From a virus (taxonomy: Duplodnaviria > Caudoviricetes): 64,000 nt of DNA. Position numbers and translations under genes: made by a program. Where the stretch lies: the IMG/VR virus record IMGVR_UViG_3300041964_000148, one strand, 5' to 3'. Below the pieces are notes generated by a model. It was not told the DNA's origin. It worked only from the letters and a program-made list of their open reading frames with translations, and ran no database searches. This document shows positions 54,936-63,976 of the stretch, piece by piece (the stretch's first letter is position 1; the number at the start of each line of letters is the position of its first letter).

Positions 54936-57806
54936 ATGCCCTATTCTCGTCGAGTCTATGACCTGCTCCCCATTTTTGCGAGAATGGTGGATGAAGAACG
55001 CGGACTATTGCGCCATATTTGCGACTGGGGCATCCAGCCGGAACTGGATGAACTCTATTCCAAAATCCAGCTTCAAGAGTACTTCTACAATCCAGACCAC
55101 CCTGCGAGTTGGGGACATCTAGACTGGCTTGGGCAATTTGTCGGGCTTGGCATCCTAGACGGGCATTGGCTCGGAGTCGGACTTAAGCCCAGTTGGTCGA
55201 TCGCCACAAAAGTCGATGTTATTAAGCGGGCATGGAATTACTGGCAGATTAAGGGAAGTGAGGCAGGTATTCGGGAGGCGATCACAATGTGGCTGCGCTT
55301 CCAGGATAAAAGTCGCCTCATCCTCCACCTTCCCTTTGGCACGATTCCGACGGATGAACCACCCAACTGGCACGGATGGAATACTCCTTATGATATTTCC
55401 CTCAACCAAACTTTTCCTGAGAAGCAGCGGATGGGTTGGGGGAATTATTGGGGCAATCATCACCAGCCGGACTACTATACCCTGCAAGCCGATTGGGAGT
55501 GGGAGTGGGGACAGTTAGTTGATTCCGGTGGGGGCGACTACGCGGGGGAACCCTGGCAAGACAGGGCAAATGAGGATGGAGAAATTGTCCGCGAACTCGA
55601 CTATGTAGCGCCGCCTGATATTTACATGGAACGCTCACGCCTGGGCGATCGCGAACTATGGATGCATTTTTATCTCAAGGAGTCTGAGTGGAACCGCATC
55701 TTCCCTGATATCTTTGAGCTAAATCTTGAAACTATCCCCATAACCACAACTGCTTCTGTATTTGGTTGGCTCCAAGGAATCCGGCAACCTGCCATTCAAC
55801 CATTAATCCAAGCTCCTCAGTCGATTGAGGACATGACGGTAACGGAGATTGAGTTTGATGGGATGCAGTGGGGGCAGCTACTGGCAACCGAGGGTTGGGT
55901 ACTGCCGGGGGGCGCCTGGGCTTATGCCGGAACTTTATGGCCTTTTGATGTTGCCGACCCCTACACGACGATAGAAACAGTAGAGTCCAAAATTGAGTGG
56001 GGCGTGTGGGAACCGGAACTGTGGGATGGGCAGCCGTGGGGAGCGGTGATTGGAGAAGCTGTAAATCATGAATCTCTCTCAATTTTCTTAGATGATTTAC
56101 AGCCGATGCCGACCCTGAAAGGTGAGACGTTGAGCATTGAGACGAGGGACTTGCCTTATTACTCAGAGGCTGCCCCTAATTACTGGTACGCTCCCTGGGA
56201 AGAGCGAATAATAACTGAAACGGTTACGGTGCAGCATCCTGGGACTGGGTGCTTGGAGGGCATTCCAATTAAGTTTGATTCCACTCCCGACATCCTGACT
56301 ATATCTTTAGGGCGATCGCTCTCCCAAGTGACGAACCAGCTATTTGTCCCCTATGAGGAACCGGGGGAACCCAGGGTCGTTCCAAACGACTCAGTAGAAA
56401 CACTGAGTATCAGCATTCCTCGCCCTGATTCTGGAGGATTCACTAATGCCTCCGCGCAGGTTCAGACGGTGGAGAGTGGGATCTGGATGGATGCCTTATT
56501 TTTTGATATGGGAGGAACTGTTGAGCCACCATTTGCTCCTGCCTACGTAGAACGAAGTATGCCGATTGATGGCTTTGACTTGGGAAATGTCGAGGGATTC
56601 CAGCCGGGAAGAACCCAAGGAAATTACCCTATCCCACCTGGATTTGAGGAAGCGGTGATTATTGAAAATGACTTTTTCTCGCACTCCTCCCTTGAGGGAG
56701 AAACCTTAAGTGCAGGGGATCTGACCGACTTGATAATCCCGACAACACGCACACAGATGGAGATGGTAGAGCCAGTTGGTATTGCAACCTATGGCGGTGA
56801 GTACGAGGAGTATTCGTACTACTACGATTCTGGCTTTACTGGGGATATCAGTGAGGTAGCTATCCCAATGCAGACACTGAGCATCAACACCTCTCAATGG
56901 GCGGCTGTCGAGACACTCTCCGCTACACCGGAGGTTGACGGGTATCTGTGCAATGTTTTTGCCGGATGGAGCACCCTAACCCCGACGAGCATTAATCAGT
57001 ACAAGGTGGAACCGGAAGGGGAGGATAGCTCAATATTTGAAGCCTATCCCCTACTTGCCCAAGCCATTGATGGGGAAAGCTGGAAGTTGCTGGTAGAGAC
57101 AGAAGAAGAATTCTATATCCTTCAACCTGTAACGATGTTCTGGAAGGAACGGGGGCGGCAAATTCCGATTGGGAAGGAAGTAAGGCGATCGCAAATCTTC
57201 TCGTTTGAGGAAGGGATGACGGACTTGTATTTGGAGTTTGTCTTCCAGCCAAAAGTTGACACCTACATTCACTCTGCCTCGCTGTCGTTGGCGGGTAAGC
57301 TGATCCAGCATCAAAACTACTACTACAAACTCAACGCGCCCGACGAGGCGTATATTGGGTTCGTTTTTGATGTGCCGTTCCGGTTGCCGAGTGGCGCCGG
57401 TTCACCGCAAGAGGAAGTACTACTCGAAGAAATTCTGCCCAACTTAACCCAGGAGCTATTACAGCTTGCTGGATTACCTACTAACTCTGGGTTAGTACCT
57501 ACGCCTGTGATTACTACCTTGCCGACTGAGCCTGTTGTTTCCCCCGAAAGTTTGACAGATATCTTGCGATCGCTTCGTGATTTGATCCGTGAAAAAGGTG
57601 GAGATAAGCACTTCCCGTTCACAATTGAATTGCCAAGTACAGATGTGGAAATTGTCCATAATTTGGGCAAGTATCCGTCTGTGACGTTCATAGATACTGT
57701 TGATGGCGAAGGTAATAAGTCTTACGGAGATGTTAGATACATTGACCGAAATACGATTGTTATTTCGTTCTCTGATCCAACTATTGGGCGAGTGTTCTGC
57801 AATTAA
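54936..57806 (+). CDS. Putative tail/baseplate wedge protein (P2 gpI-like N-terminus)
   Basis: LLP.F...D....L...LDWLGQFVG...KGSE.GI..AI; C-terminal HNLGKYPSV domain. Confidence 0.6.
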   Translation: MPYSRRVYDLLPIFARMVDEERGLLRHICDWGIQPELDELYSKIQLQEYFYNPDHPASWGHLDWLGQFVGLGILDGHWLGVGLKPSWSIATKVDVIKRAWNYWQIKGSEAGIREAITMWLRFQDKSRLILHLPFGTIPTDEPPNWHGWNTPYDISLNQTFPEKQRMGWGNYWGNHHQPDYYTLQADWEWEWGQLVDSGGGDYAGEPWQDRANEDGEIVRELDYVAPPDIYMERSRLGDRELWMHFYLKESEWNRIFPDIFELNLETIPITTTASVFGWLQGIRQPAIQPLIQAPQSIEDMTVTEIEFDGMQWGQLLATEGWVLPGGAWAYAGTLWPFDVADPYTTIETVESKIEWGVWEPELWDGQPWGAVIGEAVNHESLSIFLDDLQPMPTLKGETLSIETRDLPYYSEAAPNYWYAPWEERIITETVTVQHPGTGCLEGIPIKFDSTPDILTISLGRSLSQVTNQLFVPYEEPGEPRVVPNDSVETLSISIPRPDSGGFTNASAQVQTVESGIWMDALFFDMGGTVEPPFAPAYVERSMPIDGFDLGNVEGFQPGRTQGNYPIPPGFEEAVIIENDFFSHSSLEGETLSAGDLTDLIIPTTRTQMEMVEPVGIATYGGEYEEYSYYYDSGFTGDISEVAIPMQTLSINTSQWAAVETLSATPEVDGYLCNVFAGWSTLTPTSINQYKVEPEGEDSSIFEAYPLLAQAIDGESWKLLVETEEEFYILQPVTMFWKERGRQIPIGKEVRRSQIFSFEEGMTDLYLEFVFQPKVDTYIHSASLSLAGKLIQHQNYYYKLNAPDEAYIGFVFDVPFRLPSGAGSPQEEVLLEEILPNLTQELLQLAGLPTNSGLVPTPVITTLPTEPVVSPESLTDILRSLRDLIREKGGDKHFPFTIELPSTDVEIVHNLGKYPSVTFIDTVDGEGNKSYGDVRYIDRNTIVISFSDPTIGRVFCN

Positions 57807-57875
57807 AACTAAGGTTGCAAAATGTTACGATAATAGTACGCCCCTATCGGGCAACATTCTATTCAAAGCAAAACT

Positions 57876-58856
57876 ATGAACACAAGAAAAAGATTTGATG
57901 CGGTTATTCAATACGAAGATCGTGTTGAATACCGAGATGAGTACTGGTTAGTAATTGACGGGAAAATTGCAAGCCGTAGATTTTATGAAGGAGTCTGTGA
58001 AAGCGGTCTTACACCCTTAGAAGTAACGACTGCAATAAACGCAGCCCTTGCATCTGTGGGTTCCAAAGCCCTGACTTTTGAAACCTTAGATTGGACAGAA
58101 AAGATAAACGATGCCGCCCAATACTTTGGGTGTGATGAGCGAACTGCGCTTGAAAAATTGCTGGAAGAACGCAATGCGGCAACAATCAATGAAGTCGAGA
58201 AGGTAACTCCAGAAAAAGTATCAGAAATGGAACTTGCTGTGAAGATCGTCTTCACAGATCCAATCCAGGATACGGAAAAAGTAATGCAGAACGTCTGCGA
58301 CGCTTTAAAGTATCAAGTAGAGTATGGATTGGGGTTAGTTGCTGAGGACGAAGAAGAAGGTTGCACCCAAACTGTTGTTGCGGCATTCCAAGGTAAGGAA
58401 TATCTTGCCCTAAACTATCGACCAACGCCAAAATTGTTGACTGACGAAGAGTATCTGAGGCTCTCTCGTCTCTTTTTCGGTACAACTAAGCCAACAGCAA
58501 GACTGTTCCGATTCCACCCTGGAACAGCCGAGCTAATGAAAAGAGCGGATCGTTACAGGGATGCATTGCAATCTTTAGAATACGAAGAGTTCTGCCGAAC
58601 TCTGTCGGAGCTAACTAGCACCCCGCAGCCTTTCACTGTAGACGGGCTGACGGCAAACTGGAATGTTGTTTACCACTATGTAAACAATCCCCAACAATCG
58701 TCTCTTCTTCTTGTAGAGATATTAGAAGCCGCTAACGCAATCGTTGATCTTCCGATTACACCTGAAGTAATTGACTCACTGGATATCAGTGAACAAGCGA
58801 AGGTTGAATTGGTTGGTAAAGGGTTGGCAATTATTTGGTTTAAAACCCAGATTTGA
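57876..58856 (+). CDS. Hypothetical protein with FTDP domain
   Basis: AAAGCAAAACT leader; domain shared with the next two genes. Confidence 0.65.
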   Translation: MNTRKRFDAVIQYEDRVEYRDEYWLVIDGKIASRRFYEGVCESGLTPLEVTTAINAALASVGSKALTFETLDWTEKINDAAQYFGCDERTALEKLLEERNAATINEVEKVTPEKVSEMELAVKIVFTDPIQDTEKVMQNVCDALKYQVEYGLGLVAEDEEEGCTQTVVAAFQGKEYLALNYRPTPKLLTDEEYLRLSRLFFGTTKPTARLFRFHPGTAELMKRADRYRDALQSLEYEEFCRTLSELTSTPQPFTVDGLTANWNVVYHYVNNPQQSSLLLVEILEAANAIVDLPITPEVIDSLDISEQAKVELVGKGLAIIWFKTQI

Positions 58857-58920
58857 GGCTAACAAAAGGTAAGGAATATCTTGTCGCCAACTATCGACCA
58901 ATCCAACAAGAGGACAAAAC

Positions 58921-59148
58921 ATGGATAACCCAAGAGTATCAAAAGTAAAAATCGAGCTGCAAATTGACTTTACAGATCCTGTTGAAGGCGCGGAACAAGT
59001 GATGGAAGGCACTTGTGAAGCACTCCGAAAGCTATTGCAAGAGCGTGGGCTAATTCTTGATGAAATAGAAATCGGTACAATGGATTTTCGCGAATCGGGG
59101 AAACATACCTCGATATGGCAGTTAAACACTAAGCCCTCCGAAAATTAA
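58921..59148 (+). CDS. Hypothetical protein with FTDP domain
   Basis: GAGGA SD; I.FTDP...E.V. Confidence 0.55.
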   Translation: MDNPRVSKVKIELQIDFTDPVEGAEQVMEGTCEALRKLLQERGLILDEIEIGTMDFRESGKHTSIWQLNTKPSEN

Positions 59149-59271
59149 GCCGATCACGCTTAAAAACAAACCCGCCTAAGTAATCATTTGGGCGGGTTTT
59201 GTATTTGCATAAATGTTAAAATCAAAGTATGGCTACAAGCCTAATTAGTGCAGCCTTTTTAAAGCAAAACT

Positions 59272-59868
59272 ATGAGCGAACCAAAAGTATCGGAAGCGGA
59301 AATTGTAGGAATGGAAGTTGTTGTGAAGATCGTCTTCACAGATCCAATTCAGGCTCATAATACGGGTGAAGTCTTGGAGCATATTACTCAAGCTCTCCAA
59401 CGTGAGATAGCTAATTGCGGACTTACTCCTGATGACGAAGAATCCTCTGTCGAGAGTGTTTCCTTGGAATACTCAGGAAGTAAAACCCTTGTGTGGAGTT
59501 GTTCTAGTTCTACTGAAAATATCGAAGATGCCAACGAAAAAAGTTTTAGCATCCCAGCCGAAGCGTACTCGGATGATTGTCTTGTAAAGATAAAATTTGA
59601 CGCAGTGGACTACATCAAAAATGCTGATGTAGAAGCATTACAAGCCTTAATAAATTGTGGTTGGGGTGGTGACTACCCAGGCGATTATGTCGCTAAATAT
59701 TACGAAGATGGGGTACTCAAACCCCTATTCGACTACCTTGACTCCATTAAGGACATCCACTCTAAAAAAGATCAGCGTGGCTTTGAGTGCTACGTAGATG
59801 GGTACCAAGCACAGAAGTGGCTAGCAGCTAATCGCCTCGAAGTATTCAATAAATTGAGTCCCTTCTAA
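59272..59868 (+). CDS. Hypothetical protein with FTDP domain
   Basis: AAAGCAAAACT leader. Confidence 0.65.
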   Translation: MSEPKVSEAEIVGMEVVVKIVFTDPIQAHNTGEVLEHITQALQREIANCGLTPDDEESSVESVSLEYSGSKTLVWSCSSSTENIEDANEKSFSIPAEAYSDDCLVKIKFDAVDYIKNADVEALQALINCGWGGDYPGDYVAKYYEDGVLKPLFDYLDSIKDIHSKKDQRGFECYVDGYQAQKWLAANRLEVFNKLSPF

Positions 59869-60020
59869 ATTGAAGTGGAGCAAATATTCGAGGACTGAAG
59901 ATTTATTTAGCGATCGCGTTGCCTCTACTTAGGGTAGAATGACCCTGAGAAAACCAACAAAGCCCGTCGGGTGATTTATTCACTCGACGGGCTTTGTCGT
60001 ATTACAGAGGTTTTTACGCT

Positions 60021-60464
60021 GTGCCTCGTTATTCCAATACACTCGAAGTCCGCTTTAATGTAGTCGAGGAGCATCGCTGGGAAGTTTACCAGGAGATGCC
60101 CAGCGTTGCTCAGTTGGGTGCCAGTGAGGCTCTCAAGCGCGACGGCTGGGTCTTTTTTGTCCGAGACAGCGATCGCATCGTTCCGTATTATTTCGATGCC
60201 AGTAGCCTAACTATTTACCCATTTACAGGCAATGTTGTCGTTGCCCCTCGGAAACTTAGGACACGCATCGGCAATGGGACAGATCGAGAATTTATCGTTA
60301 ACCACGGGTTCAACTCTTTGGATGTTGATGCGTCGGCATGGGAGTTTGTCGCAACTCGTAGGTACAGAATTGAATGTAATATCTTTAAGGTAGATGAAAA
60401 TAGTATAGGTTTTGAGTTTTCCGAGCCGCCGACACAGGATGCTATCGAAGTTTTGATCGGTTAG
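60021..60464 (+). CDS. Putative tail-fibre-associated protein
   Basis: IG.G....F.V.H.....DV...F..PP domain; GTG 60021. Confidence 0.5.
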   Translation: MPRYSNTLEVRFNVVEEHRWEVYQEMPSVAQLGASEALKRDGWVFFVRDSDRIVPYYFDASSLTIYPFTGNVVVAPRKLRTRIGNGTDREFIVNHGFNSLDVDASAWEFVATRRYRIECNIFKVDENSIGFEFSEPPTQDAIEVLIG

Positions 60465-60478
60465 ATTAAGGCACAAAA

Positions 60479-60513
60479 AAAGCCCCCACCAGGATTTCCT
60501 GGTGGGGCTTTTT
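60479..60513. terminator. Bidirectional terminator
   Basis: AAAGCCCCCACCAGG-attt-CCTGGTGGGGCTTTT. Confidence 0.75.
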
Positions 60514-60548
60514 AATATTTAGTGCCTGTTATTTGGCTTCAAAAAAGT

Positions 60549-61532
60549 TTAAGCACTGGCTACAGTTTTCTTAATTACTGTAAGAACTTCTTCGGGGGAG
60601 AGTAGAGATGCATATCCCTGTTCACTTCCTCCTACTTCAGAGTTCCCACCCCAACGCTTCTCAACCTCTTCCTCTCCCCGCTTTTGGGATTCAAGGAAAT
60701 TGAGTTCGTCAAAGACAGCTTGAGAATTCCAAGTCGCCTCTGGCGAATAGCGGCCAATAGTGTACTTGAGATGTGGCTCAAATTTGCCATTCGCCGTAAA
60801 TTCGGGGTTGTATGCGATCGCATACTTGCCGAAGCGGTAGGCATAACCTGTCGCCCCAATATGCGCTGATTCTACGACAGCGATGTCGCCATCAACGGCA
60901 ATGAGTTTGGATGCCTTGAATGCATCCATTTTTGTTTTGATGCCCTTTTCGCGGCTACCCTCTGGTTCAACACCAGCGATAAGCCACTTCAGGACATTTA
61001 CAACCTTTTGCTTAACTCCGACAGAATCGACTGCTCGTTCACGCACATAGGAGTGCATGGCAATTAGCGGATCTTTCTGGAGTTTTTCTGCATACTCCTC
61101 TGAAGACATTTCTGTCTGTGATTCTCGTACCCAGCCCCCCTTGTCGGATTTGTCCACAAGGGCAATTCGTTGAACGAAATCTCCATCAGGCTGGACACCC
61201 AGCTCATCAAAGCTTAACTGTCCATGCTTTTTAAGGAGGACTGCGGCGGCGCAGTACGCATCCAGATCTTCTTTGCCGATAAATACGGCACTGTCATGAG
61301 GTACTCGCCAGAAATGTCCGTCTGTGAACATTTCGATGGCAAAGGCCGCCGCGCTATATGGCTTATTACTTCCATCATGCTGAGGATCGATATTGAAATC
61401 CAAGGCATCAACTGCCCAAGGATAGGCTTCGGCTCCAAAGCATAAGCAGTCATATTCCTTCTTGATGCGCTCAATGAGAGCGACATCTTCGGCTTGATTG
61501 CGGGGGTTTAGGACGTAGAATGTAATGCTCAT
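60549..61532 (-). CDS. Hypothetical protein, possibly DHH/DHHA1-like phosphoesterase
   Basis: ATG 61532 after the AAGCAAAACCC leader; DLD and WGG...GGS motifs; function weakly supported. Confidence 0.55.
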   Translation of the reverse strand: MSITFYVLNPRNQAEDVALIERIKKEYDCLCFGAEAYPWAVDALDFNIDPQHDGSNKPYSAAAFAIEMFTDGHFWRVPHDSAVFIGKEDLDAYCAAAVLLKKHGQLSFDELGVQPDGDFVQRIALVDKSDKGGWVRESQTEMSSEEYAEKLQKDPLIAMHSYVRERAVDSVGVKQKVVNVLKWLIAGVEPEGSREKGIKTKMDAFKASKLIAVDGDIAVVESAHIGATGYAYRFGKYAIAYNPEFTANGKFEPHLKYTIGRYSPEATWNSQAVFDELNFLESQKRGEEEVEKRWGGNSEVGGSEQGYASLLSPEEVLTVIKKTVASA

Positions 61533-61572
61533 GGGTTTTGCTTGATCACGGAGAACCGTGACGATAGTTTTT

Positions 61573-61625
61573 GCTCCCTCACTATTTTTCACCCAGGCTT
61601 GGGACTGGCGTCGGCTAGTTTAAGC
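61573..61625 (-). ncRNA. Twister ribozyme (type P1)
   Basis: GCU-UAA-ACUA-GC-CGACG-CCAG-UCCCAAGC-CUGG-GUGAAAAA-UAGU-GAGGG-AGC: P1, P2, P4 and both pseudoknots. Confidence 0.85.
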
Positions 61626-61665
61626 GGCTCCCCCAAGGGGAGCCTAACTTTCATTAAACTGAGAT

Positions 61666-62154
61666 TTACTTTGATAACTTATTTACCCATTGAAGCTGTG
61701 GGTTTTGCTCTCTAAAGGCAGAATCCCATTTATATCGCCCCATTTCTGGATGGTATGGAAAGTCATTTTCCCACCACACAGAGATACATTTTTTTAGCGA
61801 TTCTAAGGTTATCATTCCTTCTACTGATGGAACACTATACCCAGAAGCCGCAGATGACTGTATTTGGGAACAAGGTATTGCTTTGAAATTAATTCCCCGC
61901 TCTAAACATCGCGAGATAATTTCCCCTAAAGCAAATATGGAATCTCTTCCAAAATCTAAAGATAGGCAATTTTGAGATTCTTGATATCGAACCTGAGAAG
62001 TGTAACTAAGAAGACTGCTATCTGGTAACTGTGTCGCAGTTCCATGATAATCGTCGTCTTCGTCTATTTTGGGAGCAAACGAGGGAAATACCTGAAATAC
62101 TGCTTCTTTCGCTAGCTCTGAATTTTCTAAGAATAAAAATCTGGCTGAAAACAT
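61666..62154 (-). CDS. Hypothetical protein
   Basis: GCAAAACC leader; flanked by twisters. Confidence 0.65.
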   Translation of the reverse strand: MFSARFLFLENSELAKEAVFQVFPSFAPKIDEDDDYHGTATQLPDSSLLSYTSQVRYQESQNCLSLDFGRDSIFALGEIISRCLERGINFKAIPCSQIQSSAASGYSVPSVEGMITLESLKKCISVWWENDFPYHPEMGRYKWDSAFREQNPQLQWVNKLSK

Positions 62155-62174
62155 GGTTTTGCATTATAAATTTT

Positions 62175-62226
62175 GCTCCCTCTGCATTTTTATCCAGGCT
62201 GGGGACTGGCATTGGCTGCATTAAGC
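62175..62226 (-). ncRNA. Twister ribozyme (type P1)
   Basis: GCU-UAA-UGCA-GC-CAAUG-CCAG-UCCCCAGC-CUGG-AUAAAAA-UGCA-GAGGG-AGC; P2 covaries with the other copies. Confidence 0.82.
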
Positions 62227-62251
62227 GGCTCCCAAGGGAGAGCCTTTACAT

Positions 62252-63277
62252 TTATATGAGCGCTTCGTGGGCGATCGCATTAATGTAAGCGATCGCATCC
62301 TCGTAGGTTGGGCGAGATGGGTACTCGTGAACCCCTATTTTTAGCTCAAACAGGGAAACTGGTTCCCCGAACGGGTCATTTGGGTTCTGCACCCTCGGAC
62401 TTTTGCTTGTCGAGTGGCAGTATCGATCAAATAGGATGTATTTTTCTAACGTCCCTCCTTGGAGGAAGCGCTCAACGTCTTCCTCAAATGTTCGGTCTTT
62501 TGGAATAGAGTATTCTACTCCTTGAGTCCAAAAAGACTTGGACTGAACAAGGGGCATTGCTAACTTTACATGGCGTTTGCCAAGTTCAGTTGCCGCTAAA
62601 TCCCAGAAAACTGCCAAGGCTTGTAGTAACTCTTCCGAGAGATCTTCTCGGTCTAGATTTAAACTGGACAACGGATGCCCAATAACTTCATGATTGCCGT
62701 ATCCTGTCCAGCGACAGTAATCCAACAAAAATTCCTCAGGGTTTTCGGGGACAACCCATCCCCATTTAATCGCTAGAAGAAGACCTTCTGCGATCGCCCA
62801 TCCTACCGAATTGTTGGGGCAGTGAAGCAATCGCTGCGTCAGTCGCCCCTCTTGGGCGGCTTCAAGACTGTCATTGTTCTGGTAGCTTGTCCAGCACCAG
62901 GCCCAAGCTACAAGAGAACTTCGTAAATGTGCATGGGCGAAGTTGGGTGTATAGTTTAGGGCAATTACATCGAATATTGTTGTCCAGTAGCCCCACTCTG
63001 CTATTTCCGCCAACTTCCCCCATCCCATTTGGTTATGGGGATCGGGCAGATCGTATATCGGCTTCTCGAATATCGCGTATTCGCTTATTCCAGTTGCAAT
63101 TCGTGCAATTTCTCGCACCTTTTCCGGATGTTCGTCGTCGCAGCAGGCAAGCAGATATCTTGCCGCGAATGACAAGTCACTTCCGTCTTCCAACGCTGCT
63201 ATCTTCTCGATCTCTTCAATATGGCGATTGTTGATAATTGAGGCGATCATTCGTTCGATTTTTTCTTCAGATTGCAT
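62252..63277 (-). CDS. Hypothetical protein
   Basis: AAGCAAAACC leader; flanked by twisters. Confidence 0.7.
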   Translation of the reverse strand: MQSEEKIERMIASIINNRHIEEIEKIAALEDGSDLSFAARYLLACCDDEHPEKVREIARIATGISEYAIFEKPIYDLPDPHNQMGWGKLAEIAEWGYWTTIFDVIALNYTPNFAHAHLRSSLVAWAWCWTSYQNNDSLEAAQEGRLTQRLLHCPNNSVGWAIAEGLLLAIKWGWVVPENPEEFLLDYCRWTGYGNHEVIGHPLSSLNLDREDLSEELLQALAVFWDLAATELGKRHVKLAMPLVQSKSFWTQGVEYSIPKDRTFEEDVERFLQGGTLEKYILFDRYCHSTSKSPRVQNPNDPFGEPVSLFELKIGVHEYPSRPTYEDAIAYINAIAHEALI

Positions 63278-63376
63278 GGTTTTGCTTGATCACGGAGAAC
63301 CGTGACGATAGTTTTTGCTCCCTCACTATTTTTCACCCAGGCTTGGGACTGGCGTCGGCTAGTTTAAGCGGCTCCC
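63278..63376. repeat. 99-bp identical direct repeat of 61534-61632
   Basis: Covers leader, palindrome, twister and one hairpin arm. Confidence 0.9.
63317..63369 (-). ncRNA. Twister ribozyme (type P1)
   Basis: Identical to 61573-61625. Confidence 0.85.
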
Positions 63377-63394
63377 AAGAGGGAGCCTATGTTG

Positions 63395-63976
63395 TTAGTT
63401 GTAAATAGAAGAGATATCCAAAATCTCATCTATCTTTTCCTGGTCTAATCCGATAATTTCGCGTTGTTTATAATAGCGGAAATTATCATTTTCAGACATG
63501 AATTGGATGCGTTCAGCAATAGGGAGGCGAATGATTCGCTCATACGTTACTGGTAGTAGTATGTAGAAATCGTCTGAACTGAACTCAGGGTCATACCCTA
63601 AATCATCTTCGTCTGAAGAGATCCAACACGCTAGCCCAGCTTCCATTTGAAGTTTTTTTTCTACCTCGAAAACTACTTCAGATATTCCAGCCTTTCCAGA
63701 TGAAAAACAATGCCAGTCATAAGGCGCGTTATCTGATTTGTATAGGTTCGCGAACCTGTTGTCTGGAATGTCTTCGTTGCAGTGAAAAGATGCTGCTATG
63801 CCTTGGCTTCCCATCATTCCATTCCAGTGGAGCTGAATGTTTTGAACCACAATTTTTCGATTGAACAAATCCAGCATGAGCTGAATTTCTTGGTCGGTTA
63901 CGAAATGGCGCTTTATTTGACGCATTTGGTGATGTGCTTCGTATTTGTACTCGTACATTAGAATTTTCCCTTTCAT
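63395..63976 (-). CDS. Hypothetical protein
   Basis: AGCAAAACC leader; followed by hairpin plus twister. Confidence 0.65.
   Translation of the reverse strand: MKGKILMYEYKYEAHHQMRQIKRHFVTDQEIQLMLDLFNRKIVVQNIQLHWNGMMGSQGIAASFHCNEDIPDNRFANLYKSDNAPYDWHCFSSGKAGISEVVFEVEKKLQMEAGLACWISSDEDDLGYDPEFSSDDFYILLPVTYERIIRLPIAERIQFMSENDNFRYYKQREIIGLDQEKIDEILDISSIYN

Larger units (their letters stand above)
9559..63305. repeat. Dispersed palindrome, consensus CRY-CACGG-AGAA-CCGTG-RYG, 12 copies
   Basis: Copies near 9562, 10342, 19704, 31358, 35861, 41210, 45228, 48734, 53950, 54627, 61546, 63290; 6 in each orientation. Confidence 0.9.

Noticed and set aside
61533-61592. ORF-track N-terminal extension MKNSEGAK...
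   Set aside because: Lies within the twister/leader repeat; the real start is ATG 61532
61534-63387. Possible CRISPR array or attC-type repeats
   Set aside because: Spacers are whole genes, no cas or integrase gene is present, and the repeat folds as a twister
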